Below, in pieces: positions 34,951-46,751 of a DNA stretch of 64,000 bases. The position numbers and the translations under genes are program-made. The notes below the pieces were generated by a model. That model did no database searches. It saw nothing but the letters and a program-made list of their open reading frames with translations, and was not told where the DNA came from. How positions within the stretch are numbered: position 1 is the stretch's first letter; every line of letters begins with the position of its first letter. The stretch lies in the NCBI GenBank assembly GCA_013239625.1, contig MU053934.1, positions 9,321,352 through 9,385,351 on the forward strand. The letters run 5' to 3'. Source of the DNA: Lama guanicoe. Its lineage: Eukaryota.

Positions 34951-35194
34951 TTTAATGCCCTCTATGCATGCCGCCCCTGGCAGCCAAAGTGCTCTCTCCC
35001 AGGTGCAAGTTGGCCACGTCCTTCCCCTCCCCCAGAGGGTGGCTTACACCCCAGGATGACATTCAAGGCAGTCTGAGCTAGGCTCTGTCTGCCTCTCCAC
35101 ACCCTCATTTCTGGCCACCATCCTTCACGACTCCATGCCTCCCCGCCTCCCCACCGCACACGCACACACACAAACACACACCTGATTCCCCCCG

Positions 35195-35380
35195 ACCAAG
35201 TCCTCAGCTGGCAGTACCCTCTACCCCCACCAGGGGGCGCTGGGGAATGCGTGGGAGCCTGAGTTGTTGGCAACCACTATGGGATGTCCCTTCACATTTA
35301 CTGGGCAGAAACCGGGGTGTCAAACACCCAGCAATGCCTGGAACGGGCCCCACAAAGAAGAGTCACCCTGTTGAGAATCC
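35195..35380 (+). mobile_element. MER20/MER20B (hAT-Charlie) fragment
   Basis: agggggcgctggggaatgcgtgggagcc...ttgttggcaac...catttactgggcagaaaccgggg...gcaatgcctggaacgggccccacaaagaagagt follows the MER20B layout. Confidence 0.75.
35210..35242 (+). promoter_or_regulatory. Predicted CTCF binding site (core plus upstream motif)
   Basis: Core CCACCAGGGGGCGC at 35227-35240; upstream GGCAGTACC at 35210-35218. Confidence 0.7.
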
Positions 35381-36589
35381 CAGAAGAATCCCTGCCGGAC
35401 TGGATTTTCTGTGTCACCTCGGGGAGTTACACACGCTGGGAGCTCTGCCTGCAGCTGCCTTTCTGTCTTCACCTGGTTAGTTCTGCCCCAGGTGAAGGAG
35501 CTGCTTCCAAATATATGCCCAACAAACTCACTGCGAGGACTTGCCCCCTCCCCCGGCACCGCTTTTATTAAATATGTCAGGCTCAGTTCCAGAAGCAGAG
35601 ACTTTTAGTTTGAATATACTCCGAAACGCACGAAGCAGCGGAGGAAATTCTAATATTTACTCTGTAACCATGGTTAGTCTTCCCTCCTCTTGAAAGAGAG
35701 GCTTTTTCCCGATCTTCATTTTCTTTGCTTGTGCGGTTTCTCTGGGAGCCCTGGCCCACACCTGGGCCCTCCGGGAACGCCCCAGCTCCCTCCTCTTCCC
35801 ACTCCCCGCTTCCCCACCCCGTTTACCTCTGCTTTTAATATCCTGGTTCATCTTTCTCCCAAGGTGGGGCTGGTGTCGCACTTTCCCCTCCCCGCCCCTG
35901 GGGCGGGGGGGGGCGTCTACCTGTGGACCACCTGTCCCCAGCCCACGGGGCACATCCCTGGGAAGAGAGGTGAGAATCTGTAGAGTAAACAGGGGAAGGG
36001 CCAGAGCCCTCCTCGCACGTCCCAGGTGTCTGTCGGGCCCACTGCAGATTCGCTCTCACTGTTTAAACGTTCTGCATCGTAATTACAGACTGTTCTTACT
36101 GACATCTGGTAAAGGGAGGAAGGAGAGAAGTCCCTGTGCTGTTGTCACTGATTCTTTGCTCCTTTCCGTGCACGACGAGGTCTAAAGACCTGCCAGTCAA
36201 GGCAAGAGGATTAGCCTCACCCATGCAAAGGGAAAATTGGGAAGGGAAAAAAAAAACAAAAAACCTTGTCTGAACTTGAAAATAAAAATGCTGATGTGGT
36301 TTTTCTTCCAGAAACATATCTTACTGATTAAGAGCATGGAGAGCTCCTGGCTCGTGGGTGGGCCCGCCGTAGTCGGCCTCCTGGCTCTCCGAGGCCAGGC
36401 CCAGCTCACTGCCTGCAGAGGCTTGGAGGCAGGAGGCCGTGCAGATGCTCCCAGGGCACATCTTTGCGGATGCACACGGCTGTGTGTGTGTGTGCACGCG
36501 CATGTGTACACAAGCACTGGAGTGGATCCGCTAAGACAGGGATGTTCCTTTGCTCAGCTTGTCCACCTTCACGTCAGGAGGACAGAAAG

Positions 36590-36820
36590 GCAGTGGGTCA
36601 CCCTGGAAAGAGGGTGGACTTGGAGTCAGGTAGGGCTGGTCTGACCCAGGGCTGCCGCCCGTTAGCCGAATGACCCTAGGCAAGTGACAATCTCCTTGTG
36701 CCTGAGTTTCTCCATCTTTGAAACAGAAATGGGGCACCTACTGGCTAAGGTGGGTGATATAACGCAAGTGTCGTCATTGGCAGGTGCCCACGCTGAGTAG
36801 AACCCCCACAGGTGGTCACC
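36590..36820 (+). mobile_element. MIR SINE
   Basis: tgaccctaggcaagtgacaatctccttgtgcctgagtttctccatctttgaaacagaaatgggg. Confidence 0.75.
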
Positions 36821-38269
36821 ATCCCTGTGCCAAGAGGGTGACACGTGGCTGACTGCAACTCTGCCCCCACACCCTCCCACCCTGGGCTGTCTGAGGCCAC
36901 TGCCTCTTCCAGACAGCCTTCCTCTTTCAGTGTTCTCTGCCTTGGCCCCAGTGGGCCTCACTGTCCATGGCTGTGAAATGGGGCCGACACCTTGCACACA
37001 TCGACCACACAGGGCCTGTGGCTTGGCATGACGGTGGAGGCTGCTGCCAGGAAGGCCATCTGTGCCAAGGGCTTGATGCCCCCGGCCAGGCTCAGCTGGC
37101 CTTTTCTCCAGTTTCACTGGGTTGGGTTACAGAGCGATGGTGGCCGTTGATAAAGCAGTAATTGGGGTGACTTGGGTATTTTCCGAGGTGCTGCCGATGA
37201 CTCACGCTCAGTAAGTCAACATTCCACTGTCATGGGCCGGGAGACAGTTGCACAGCCTATTCAGGGATTCAGGTTTCACAACTCCGGTGTCTGGATGTGC
37301 GGTCCCTGAGTCACCCAGAGATTCCACACCTCAGGAGGTGTTTACGTGGGGCTTTGTTCCCAGTCCTACACGGATAGGGTGTGCTCCGAGGCGTTTAGCT
37401 GGCACTTAGAGGGTTTCCAGCTGCAATCTGTTCCTAGCAATTAATATCCTGTAAATAATAAATCCACTCAGGAGCCAAGCTGCTGAGGCCCTCAGCACCT
37501 CCTCGCACTCACCTCTCCCTCCCCGGAGCGCTCCATCCTTCCAGCTGCTTTCCTCCCCCTCCCCCAGCCTCACCTTCTGTTTTCTTCTGCTTCTTCCCAG
37601 GGGTCCCTGCCCCTCTCCCCCCTCCCTTCTCCCAGCTGGCCCTGGGCCTCTGGGGGGCACGTGGAACTGAGCACACTCACTTCTTGCCCTCTGCCAGGGC
37701 GCAGGGCCCCGTTGGGAGTTGGACCGTGGAGGGGACCAGCCACCACCCAGAGGAAGGGTAGAGGTCCTGGGGGAGCCGGAGACATGGCGAGGACATGGAC
37801 GTGCCACAGTGGTCCTGGGCCACCCATGGCTCTCTTCAGACTTGTCAGGGGCTGAGCTCCCAGGAACACGACGTTTGGCCTGGAAAGGTGTGAGCGCTGC
37901 ACCCTCCCGGTGGAATCCTTGCTCCTCCAACTTCCAGCGCAGCAGTGGTGCCTTGAGGCAGGAGGGGCAGAGCCAAAGGACGAGGGAGCCCTGCGTGTGC
38001 TCGCAGTGGGGGATCTCTCCTTCTGTGAACACGTGCCGTCAGCCGGTCCAGGGTGTGAGTTCTAACCACGGTCAGCGGTGGTCACACGCTGCCTCGCACG
38101 CACAGACCAGGTCCCTGTCCTGCAGCTGATGCCTGGGGGGCGGGGCTGGCTGTAAAGCCCACTACAAATCAAGATTACAAGATTACCGATGGTGCCAGGG
38201 CCAAGAAGGAAACAAGCAGGTGGGTGGGAGGGGGGACAGGGACCCCGTTTCAGTAACAGGGAGCATGTG

Positions 38270-38500
38270 CACCCCTACAGCAGAGTGGAGGGATTGGAAC
38301 CCCAGCTCTGGGAGCAAATCCTCCTTGATTTGAACCTCAGCCCTTTCCTTCCTAGCTGTGTGGCCTTGGGCAAGTTGCTTGACCTCTCGGGACTTCAGTT
38401 TCCTTCCCTGTAAAACGGAGGTGATCGCAGTACGGACCTCACGGGGCTGCTGTGGACGCTCCGTCAGACAACATGCACAGAGCAGCTCAGGGCCGCGCTG
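38270..38500 (+). mobile_element. MIR SINE
   Basis: cttcctagctgtgtggccttgggcaagttgcttgacctctcgggacttcagttttccttccctgtaaaacggagg. Confidence 0.85.
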
Positions 38501-38579
38501 GGCCCTGGATGCTTTAAATCCGGAGCCAGGGACCCCGGAATGGAGGAAAACGGGAGCTTTCGGAGTAGAATCCAATCCC

Positions 38580-39260
38580 GGCAGGTGGAAGGATTCCAGA
38601 AAGAGCCGGCTTCCGCGCCGCGGGGAGTGCGCGGGGCGTGCGCGGGGCGACAGGCGATGCTGCACTGCCCTCTGGGGGAGCCGCGCAGGAAGGGAGAGGC
38701 GGCCCCTGCTCGGCGGCAGCGCTGACGCTCCTCCAGGGCTTGTGACGCCCGCGCAGCGCCCGGGGACCGGCCCTTCCCGCCGCACTCACCCCTCGGCAGT
38801 CTCTGGGGTCGGCTTCCGTTCTACAGACGAGGCGACTGAGGCACAGACAGGGGCTCCAGGGGGCTCCAGGGGCTCCGCTCGGCCTTTGCCGTCCGCGGGC
38901 CGCCTGGGGCGTGTCCCTGCCCAGCGGGGCCCTGGTCCCCCGGCCCCGAAGCCCACGCCTCCCGCCTCCTCCCCGCGGCCCCAGCTCCCCCAGAACCGCG
39001 GCCGCACTTCCGCAGCCTCGCCTCCGAGAGCCCTTCCCCTTCGTCACCTCCCCCACGCCCTCACCCCGGCGCCTCTCCCAGAGGGAGTTCTTTGCTGGCA
39101 TAACCCCAGCCCGGCGAGTCCAGCCTCCTGCCCTCTCCGTGGCAGCAGCTTCCCTTCGCTGGTAGCCCAGGCGCCACCGGGCCCCTGCCGCCTTAGTGTC
39201 TCTGCCCCGCTGCCGCCACCTGCACCCTTCTCGTCCCGGACGCTACCCCGAGCTCCCTCC
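38580..39260. promoter_or_regulatory. CpG-island-like segment
   Basis: Visibly the densest CpG stretch in the window (cgcgccgcggggagtgcgcggggcgtgcgcggggcg...) and not repeat-derived. CpG observed/expected ratio not computed. Confidence 0.7.
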
Positions 39261-39439
39261 TCTGTCAGCTCGGGGTCTCCCTTCCCAGCTCTGAAACAGC
39301 AGCAACCAGAAACCCCCTGCCAAGGCCACGGAAGGCCTTCACAGAAGTCCCCCTCCGTGGTGGGCTTCTCTCTCCTCCTCGGAGGCGGCCGGGGTTCCCA
39401 GACCTGCCCCTCCCTCCCCACCCTCTGGCCACCCCCCTT

Positions 39440-40398
39440 GCTGGCTCTTCCTCTCCCAGTCCAGAAACCCTGGACGTCTCCAGGGCGGAGCTAGTGGAGT
39501 TTCTCTCTCCTGCATCTACTCACTCCTTGGAAATCCACCCAGTTTCAGGGCTTTGAATGCCAGTACTACCCTGACAACCCCCAATCATGCCCGGCCCAGA
39601 CCGCCAGCCCCGAGCCCTGCACTCCGCTGCCTGCTGGGTGTCGCGCTCAGAGGGCGGGCAGGAGTCTCCCAGATGCACACACCCACAGCCGCCCTGACCT
39701 CCTGCCCCCAGATTTCCAAACGCAGGAAATGACAGCTTTATCCTCCCAGGGACTCAGCTCAAAATCTCCAGAGTCATCCTTGGCTGCCTTTTTTCTCTCA
39801 AAACCCGCAATGAGTCTGTCAGCAAACCCTGTAGTTCTACCTTCCAGATGTGTCCCCAACCTGGCGACCTCTCACCACCTTCTAGTCTGAGCCACCACGA
39901 ACCATCGTTCTCTGGGGGTGTCGTAACTGCCTGCTCACATCATCCTTCTGCCCACATTCCCCCAAGGTGTTCCTGTTGCTCAGAGCACAGCCAGCACCAG
40001 GGTTGGCAGGGCTGCTCTCCTCTGGCTTCCCTTCCTGAAGCTCTCCTGCAGCCCCACAGGCTCCTCAAGCCAGCCAGGCTCTCTCCTGCCTCAGGGCCTT
40101 TGCACCTGACCTTCCCTTTGCCTAGGCAGTCCTCCTCCAGCTGTCTCCCTAGCTTACCCCCTCACCCTCTCCTAGTCTATGCTAAAGTGTCACCTTCTCG
40201 GCCTCTTCTCCACGCAGTCCTGCTCATTCCCTGCTTTGTGTTTGTCTCGGCTTACAGCCATCTAGCCAGCCCAGTGTGGATTTTATGTATTGTCAGATTC
40301 ACGAGAGCAAGGATTTCTCCCTCTCTGCTCACCGCTCCAAACCCTGTGCCCAGAACCGCACTGGCACATGGCAGGTGCCCAATGAATGTCCATTGAGG
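39440..40398 (+). mobile_element. LINE-2 (L2a-like) 3' portion
   Basis: gtcagcaaaccctgtagttctaccttccag...cctgcctcagggcctttgcac...ctggcacatggcaggtgcccaatgaatg. Confidence 0.85.
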
Positions 40399-41785
40399 GA
40401 AACGCACAAGGAAGGCCCTTTGCCCCTTGCTCAGAGCCAGGAGTCCCAGCAGGAAGGTGTGGGGGCAAGTTCTCTCAGCTCCCAGGGAAGCCCTGGCCCC
40501 CACCCTTCAGCCTTCAAGAGGCTTCAGGTCAGGTTGAGTGATCTAGATTCACACTCAGCGTTTCACCCAGGACCAGAGCAGGTGGTCCTGACCCTAGCGC
40601 CCTGGACGCTCAGTGGGTCAGCATCAAAGCCAGATTAGCTCCCAGCTTAACCCCGGCTGCCACATTCTTCTGACAGATGCAGGCTGGGGAGATTCAGCGG
40701 CCACAGTCTCAGGCTTAGACTCAGACCTCTGGGAGTCCCTACTACCACACGCATGCGTGCACACACATGCCTGCACACATGTGCATGCGCGTGCACTTGT
40801 TGGCACTGCCACTGGTTAGGGAGCCAGGAGTCCTCAACTTGGCTAACAACTCATCGTGGCCCTGGCGTCAGACTGGACCCCAGAGAACCAGCACTGGTAG
40901 GCCCTCCCTGTCCAGACTGTCTTGTCCAGCATCTGACATCACAGGCAGGGACCCTGCCCAGAGGGAGGATGTGGTTCGCATCACCTTTTACTCCTGATTC
41001 CGAGGGCAGCGTTGCTCTGCCGTGCCACGTTTGGACTTGGTGAGGGAGAGCCCCACTTCCTGGGACAAGCACCAGCCTCAGGAGCTACCTCCCCCGAGAG
41101 GGCATGGAGAGAAGTGACCCCACTGGTCGCTGTGTGGCTCAGACAAGATAAGCAGTGGGACATGCCCGAAGCACAGTGGCTCTTGAGAACCGGGGTGGTG
41201 ACGGCTGTGGCCGCTGTCCCCGTGACTCGAGGCTCAGCTCGATGCTCCCTGAACTGCAATGAGCCGCTCGACGGGCTGCTATTTTATTTTGCCCCCACCT
41301 GGTAGGCTGGATCTCACCTTCCTCCTGACCTCTCCCACCCTGGTTCTTTTTTGCTATGTCGTCATCAATCAAGTCTGTTTCTCCAACTCAGAGGAAAACT
41401 GCTCTCCGATCCCCAAGCGGAACCAGAACTTGCGGTTCTCGGATCTCTTGGTGAACACCATTTTTTGTCTGCAAAAACAAAGGCCCTGAGCATCCTTACC
41501 AGGAGGCTGTTTCTGGCTGGCTTGCCTCGGTCTAGGTCAGGGGTCCTTGCCTGACCAGCCCAGGGACCCAGCAACCTGTGTCAAATCGCAGTTCTGTCTT
41601 TTTCTGCTGAAAGCTCTGTCTCTAAGTTTTCCCTCTCCTCTTTCCTGACCCCCTAAACCTGCTGTCCTTTGGGAGGCATGGGGAGGACTCGTAGTCAGGA
41701 GAGGACTGGCATTTTGTCCAGCTTTGCGTGGGGTCACACACCCAGCAAGGAGGAGGTGGCCAATGCTTGGTTTAAAAAGAGCGAG

Positions 41786-44700
41786 TGCCTCTGCCTCTGG
41801 CCAAGATGAAGTAACAGGCTATTTTTACCACCACGTGAAACAACCAAAAGAACCAGACAGACTGTATTAAATAGCAGTTTCAAGACACTCAACATCAGGC
41901 AATGAAATGAAATGAAATGAACCCTGAGACAAAAAAAAAAAACCAAAAAACAACAACAGTGTTGCCAGCTCTCTGCCTTGAGAGCTCCCGGGGCACAGCA
42001 CAGGGAAGGGGGCCCAGGCAGAGCCCGGGAGACTCCCTGAGTGGCAAGGGTGGAGCCGAGGGTCCAGGAAGGCCAAGGTGGCTGGAGTGGTCAGGACTCA
42101 GCATCAGAGAAGAGGGAGCTACCTAGAGAGAGCCCGGAGATGTGCATCGGGCTCCCCATTGGGCCCCCTCAACTGTTCCCAGAGGGCTGAGCACCACGTG
42201 TGTGCGCGAGAATCACCCTAAGGGATTAAAGGAAACTGCCCGCTGCTCTCACGGGGCTGGGAACAATGCCTCTTTCCAGCAGCCAGACTGGAAAAATTCA
42301 TGATTCTGGTGAGGGAGACATTTGGGGGAAGAGGGTGGTGTATTCAAATGATCTTGCCTCAGAAGTGGAGAATGATTAACCCTGGACGGAGTACTTACCC
42401 AGAGCCACCTAATGTGTCATGAAAACAAGACCCAAAAGCATCAAACTGGTTCCAAGTAGCCTAGCTGCGTCCCAGATCACAGTTCAAGGAAATTTGTTGG
42501 GATACAATAATATCTAGTGCCCCAAAAGGTAAATTTTGGAGGGATGGAAATGTTTTGAAACTCAGTAGAGATGACAGTTAAACAGCATTATGAATGTACT
42601 GAATGCCACTGAATTGCTCACTTTAAAATGGTTAATTTTGTTATGTGAATTTCACCTCAATTTTTTAAAGATTAAATTAATTGTAAAGATTAATTAATTA
42701 AATTAAAATAATCGACGGTTCAAAATATTTATAAGCAAAACAGATGGCAGTAGCATAGAGGTCAGGAGGGGGAAGATGGAAGTGCACAGTCTTATCATTG
42801 TACTGCACCAGCTGGAGTGGCGTCATGTCACCTGTAGGTGGGCTCTGATAAGTTAAAGATTATACTGTAAGCCCTAAAGCGACCACTGAAATAACTCAAC
42901 AAAGAGACACAACTAAAGAGATAAAATGGAATAATAAAAGGTAATCCAAAAGAAGGCAGTAAAAGAAGGGGGAAAAAGAACAGATAGGACCAAAAAACAG
43001 AAAACAAAGAGACCTAATGTATTAATAATTACATTAAATATAACTAGCCTAAACACCCCAATTAAAGGTCAGAGATTATCAGACTAGATTAAAAAGTCCA
43101 GGTCCAACTATGTACTGCCTGCAAGAAATGCACCCTACATGTAGAGACACAAATAGGTCAAAAGTAAAGAGATAGAAAAAGATACACCATGATAATCGTG
43201 GCCGAAAGAAAGCTGGAGTAGCTACACAGTCAAAGTAAATTTCAAAGGAAAGAGTATTACCGGGGGTAAAAAAAAGGCACTTCATCATGATAAAGATGGC
43301 AATTAATAAGAGGATGTAATGATCTTAAAGTTACCTAATAACAGAGCTTCAAAATATACGAAGCAAAAAATGATAGAACTGAAGGAAGAAGTAAGTCACA
43401 ATTATGGAGGGAAATTTAAATATTGCTGTCTCAATATTAGTAGAACAAGTAGATGAAATCAGTAAAGATGAGAAGATTTGAGCAACATTATTAGTCAACG
43501 TGACCCAAGTGAAAGGTATAGAGCACTCCACTCAACAAAGGCAGAATAAACATTCTTTTCAGGTTCACATGGAACATTTACCAAGATGGACTATATTCTG
43601 ACTCATAACATATAAAAGGATTCAAGTTACACAAAGTGTGTTCTCTGATCATAATGGAAATCAGTAATGTAAAGTTTTCTAGACAATCCTCAAATATTTG
43701 GAAACTAAACAATTTATACTCTATCAGTCAAAGAAGAAATCAAAAGTAAAATTAGAAAACATTTTAAACTGAATGAAAATGAAAACAACATAGAATTTGT
43801 GAGATGTTGCTAAACAGAGATTAACTCAGCTTTAGACACTACATGCCTATATTAGCAAGAAGAATGATTTCAAATCAATTTCCTCAGTTCCACCTTAAAA
43901 ACTAGAAGAAGAGCAAATTAAATCCAAAGTAAGCAAAAGAAGGGAAACAATACATAGCAAAGTGAAAAGTCAATGAAATAGGAAAGAGAAAAACAACAGA
44001 GGAGCAAAAATAAAACCAAAGACGAATAAAAGTGATAGCACTCTACCCAGACTAGTTAGGGAAAGAAAGAGAGAAGACGCTACTTACCAAAATCAGAAGC
44101 GAAAAAGATGCCTTGCAAACAGACTCTGCAAACATTAAGAGGATACTAAGGAATATTATGAACAACTTTAAGCCTATCAACTCAAAAACTTAGATTAAAC
44201 TATCAAATCATTTGAAAAACACAAACTTCCAAAGCTCACTCAAGAAGAAATAGATAACCTGAGTATCCTTTACTCTTTTAAAGAGATTGAAATTATACAA
44301 AGAAAACTCCAGGTCGAGGTGTCTTCACTAGTGAATTCTATGAAACACTTAAGGAATTCCACAGAAACTTTCAAAACATTAAAGAAGGTGATATATTTCT
44401 CAGTTTATTCCATGATACGAAAATCAGGCAAAGAAGTGACAAAACAACTACAGAACAGGATCTCTCATGAACATAGATCAAGAATTCTAAGTTCTTTAAC
44501 AGGTTGAAGATATATAAACAATATATAAAAAGGATAATACATCCTGACCAATGTGAGGGTTGAACCAAGTGAGGTCCATCTAAGGAGTGCAAGGTTGGTT
44601 TAATACCAGAACATTAATCAATGTAATTCACTATATTAACAAACTAAAAAAAAAAATATGATCATCTCAATAGATGCAGAAAATGCATTGGACAAAATCT

Positions 44701-46751
44701 ACATCCATTCTTGGTAAAAACTCTTAGCAAACTAGAAGTCGAAGGAACTTTCTCAACCTGAGAAAAGGCATCCACAAAACTCCACAGCTAACACCATATT
44801 AATGATGGAAGATCACATGTTTTCCAGTTGAGTTTAACCAGTTTGCAGGAACAAGATCAATACACATAAATCAATTGTATTTCCATATACCAGCAACAAA
44901 TAATCAGAAATTAAAACTTTACAATTTTATTTACTATAGTATCCAAAAAAATATGAAATCCTTAAGAATAAGTCTAACAAAAGATATAAAGAACCTGTAC
45001 CCTGAAAACGACAAAACATTGTTGACAGAAATGAAAGAGCTGCATAAAAGGAGAGGTATATGGTGTTCATGGGTTAGAAGACTCAACATTGTGAAGACAT
45101 CATTTTTCCCCAAAATTGATCCATAGATTCAATACAATCCCAATCAGATTTCCAGCAGGCTTTTTTTGTGAAAAATGTGACTCCAACATTCATATGGAAA
45201 TGTAGAGAACCTAGAAGAGCCAAAACAACTACAAAAACAAGAGCAAAACTGGAGGACTCACAATGTATAATTTTAAGAATTATTAGAGAGCTGTTGTAAT
45301 CAAGAGAGTGTGGCACTGATGTGAAGACAAGATAAACCGATCAATGGAACAAGATGGAGAGGCCAGATGTAGACCCACACATATGTGGGTAAGTGATTTT
45401 TGACAAAGTACAAAGGCAAGTCAGTGGAGAAATACGGTATATTATATGATATAAGAAATATGATAGGTCTTTTTAACAAGTGGTGTTGCAACATTTGAAT
45501 ATTTGTTTGCAAAAAATAAAACCAAAAAAACTGCGGGGCAACCCATCCTGGCCCTGCAGACAAAAAGTAACTCAAAACGGACCATAGACTTCAGTGGAAA
45601 GCCTAACATTATAAAACTTTAAAAGAAGACCTTTGTGATCTTGGCTTGGATAGAGATTTCTTAGCTATGGCACCAAAAGCATGATTCATTAAGAGACAAA
45701 TTGGTAAGTCTGACTTTACAAAAATTAAGATTTTTTTTTTTGCTTTTGAAAAACCTTGTTATGAGGAATAAAAAGACAAGCCACAGACAGAGAGAAGATC
45801 ATTTTAAAGCACATATCTGCTAAAGGACTTGTATCCGGAATATACAAAGACTTCTCAAAACCCAATAATAATACAAACGACCCAATTTTTAAGTGGGCAG
45901 AAGACTTGAGCCGCATCTCACCAAAGAAGATACACGAAGAACAGATAAACACACGGAAAGATGCTCAGATCGTTATTCATTAGGGAAATAAACAACGCGA
46001 GATCCCAGTGAGATACCCTGTACCTCTGTTGGAGTGGCAGCAGCTGGGAAAACCGACACTAGCAAGTACTGTCAAGGATGTGGAGGACCTGGAACTCTCG
46101 CCCACTGCTGGCAGCGACGGAGGTAAGCTGGCACAAGCACTGTGGGAAACAGTTTGGCAGTTTCTTAAAATGTTAAGCACACACCTACCAAAGGATGCAG
46201 TCATCTCACCCTTGTGTCCACCCAAAGGGAATGAAAACACACCTCTACGCAGAGGCCTGGAGATGAGCTGTGAATACAGCAGCTTTATCTGTCACCCCAA
46301 ACCGGACAGGACCTAGATGTCCATCAGCCCGTGAATGGAAAAACAAACTATGGTGTAGACACTGAGCAATAAAAGGAATGTGCTGTCGACTTGCGCCACA
46401 ACATAGGTGAATCTTGGTATCATTGGACTGAGCATACGAACGCAGGCAAAATGAGAACACACCGTATGATTCTACTTATCTAAAATCCTAGGAAATACAA
46501 ACCAATTTAGAGTGGCAGAAAGGAGATCAGGGGTTGCCCGGGGACAGGGTGGGGGTGAGAGGAGCCGGAGGGAGGGACTGATTACAAAGAGACACCTCGG
46601 GGGATAATGGATTTGTTCGTTATGTTGACTTCGAGGTGGTAGTTTCAAGGATGCATACGTGTGTCAAAACTTATCAAACTGTACACTTTAAACACATGCA
46701 GTCAGTTGTCCGACAATTATACCTCAACAAAGCTGCTCTTTAAAAAAAAAG
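41786..46751 (+). mobile_element. Ancient L1 (L1MC/L1MD-type) with 5' end, decayed ORF2 and 3' end; nested L1MB-type tail at about 42535-42680
   Basis: 5' motif ctggccaagatgaagtaacagg; continuous frameshifted ORF2 text (catctcaatagatgcagaaaa, gattcaatacaatcccaatca); 3' end gtcaaaacttatcaaactgtacactttaaa...caattatacctcaacaaagctg followed by A tail. Confidence 0.9.

Noticed and set aside
38358..39494. 378-aa ORF
   Set aside because: Starts inside a MIR, crosses the CpG island, is Pro/Arg/Gly/Ala-rich with no recognisable domain; expected from stop-codon depletion in GC-rich DNA.
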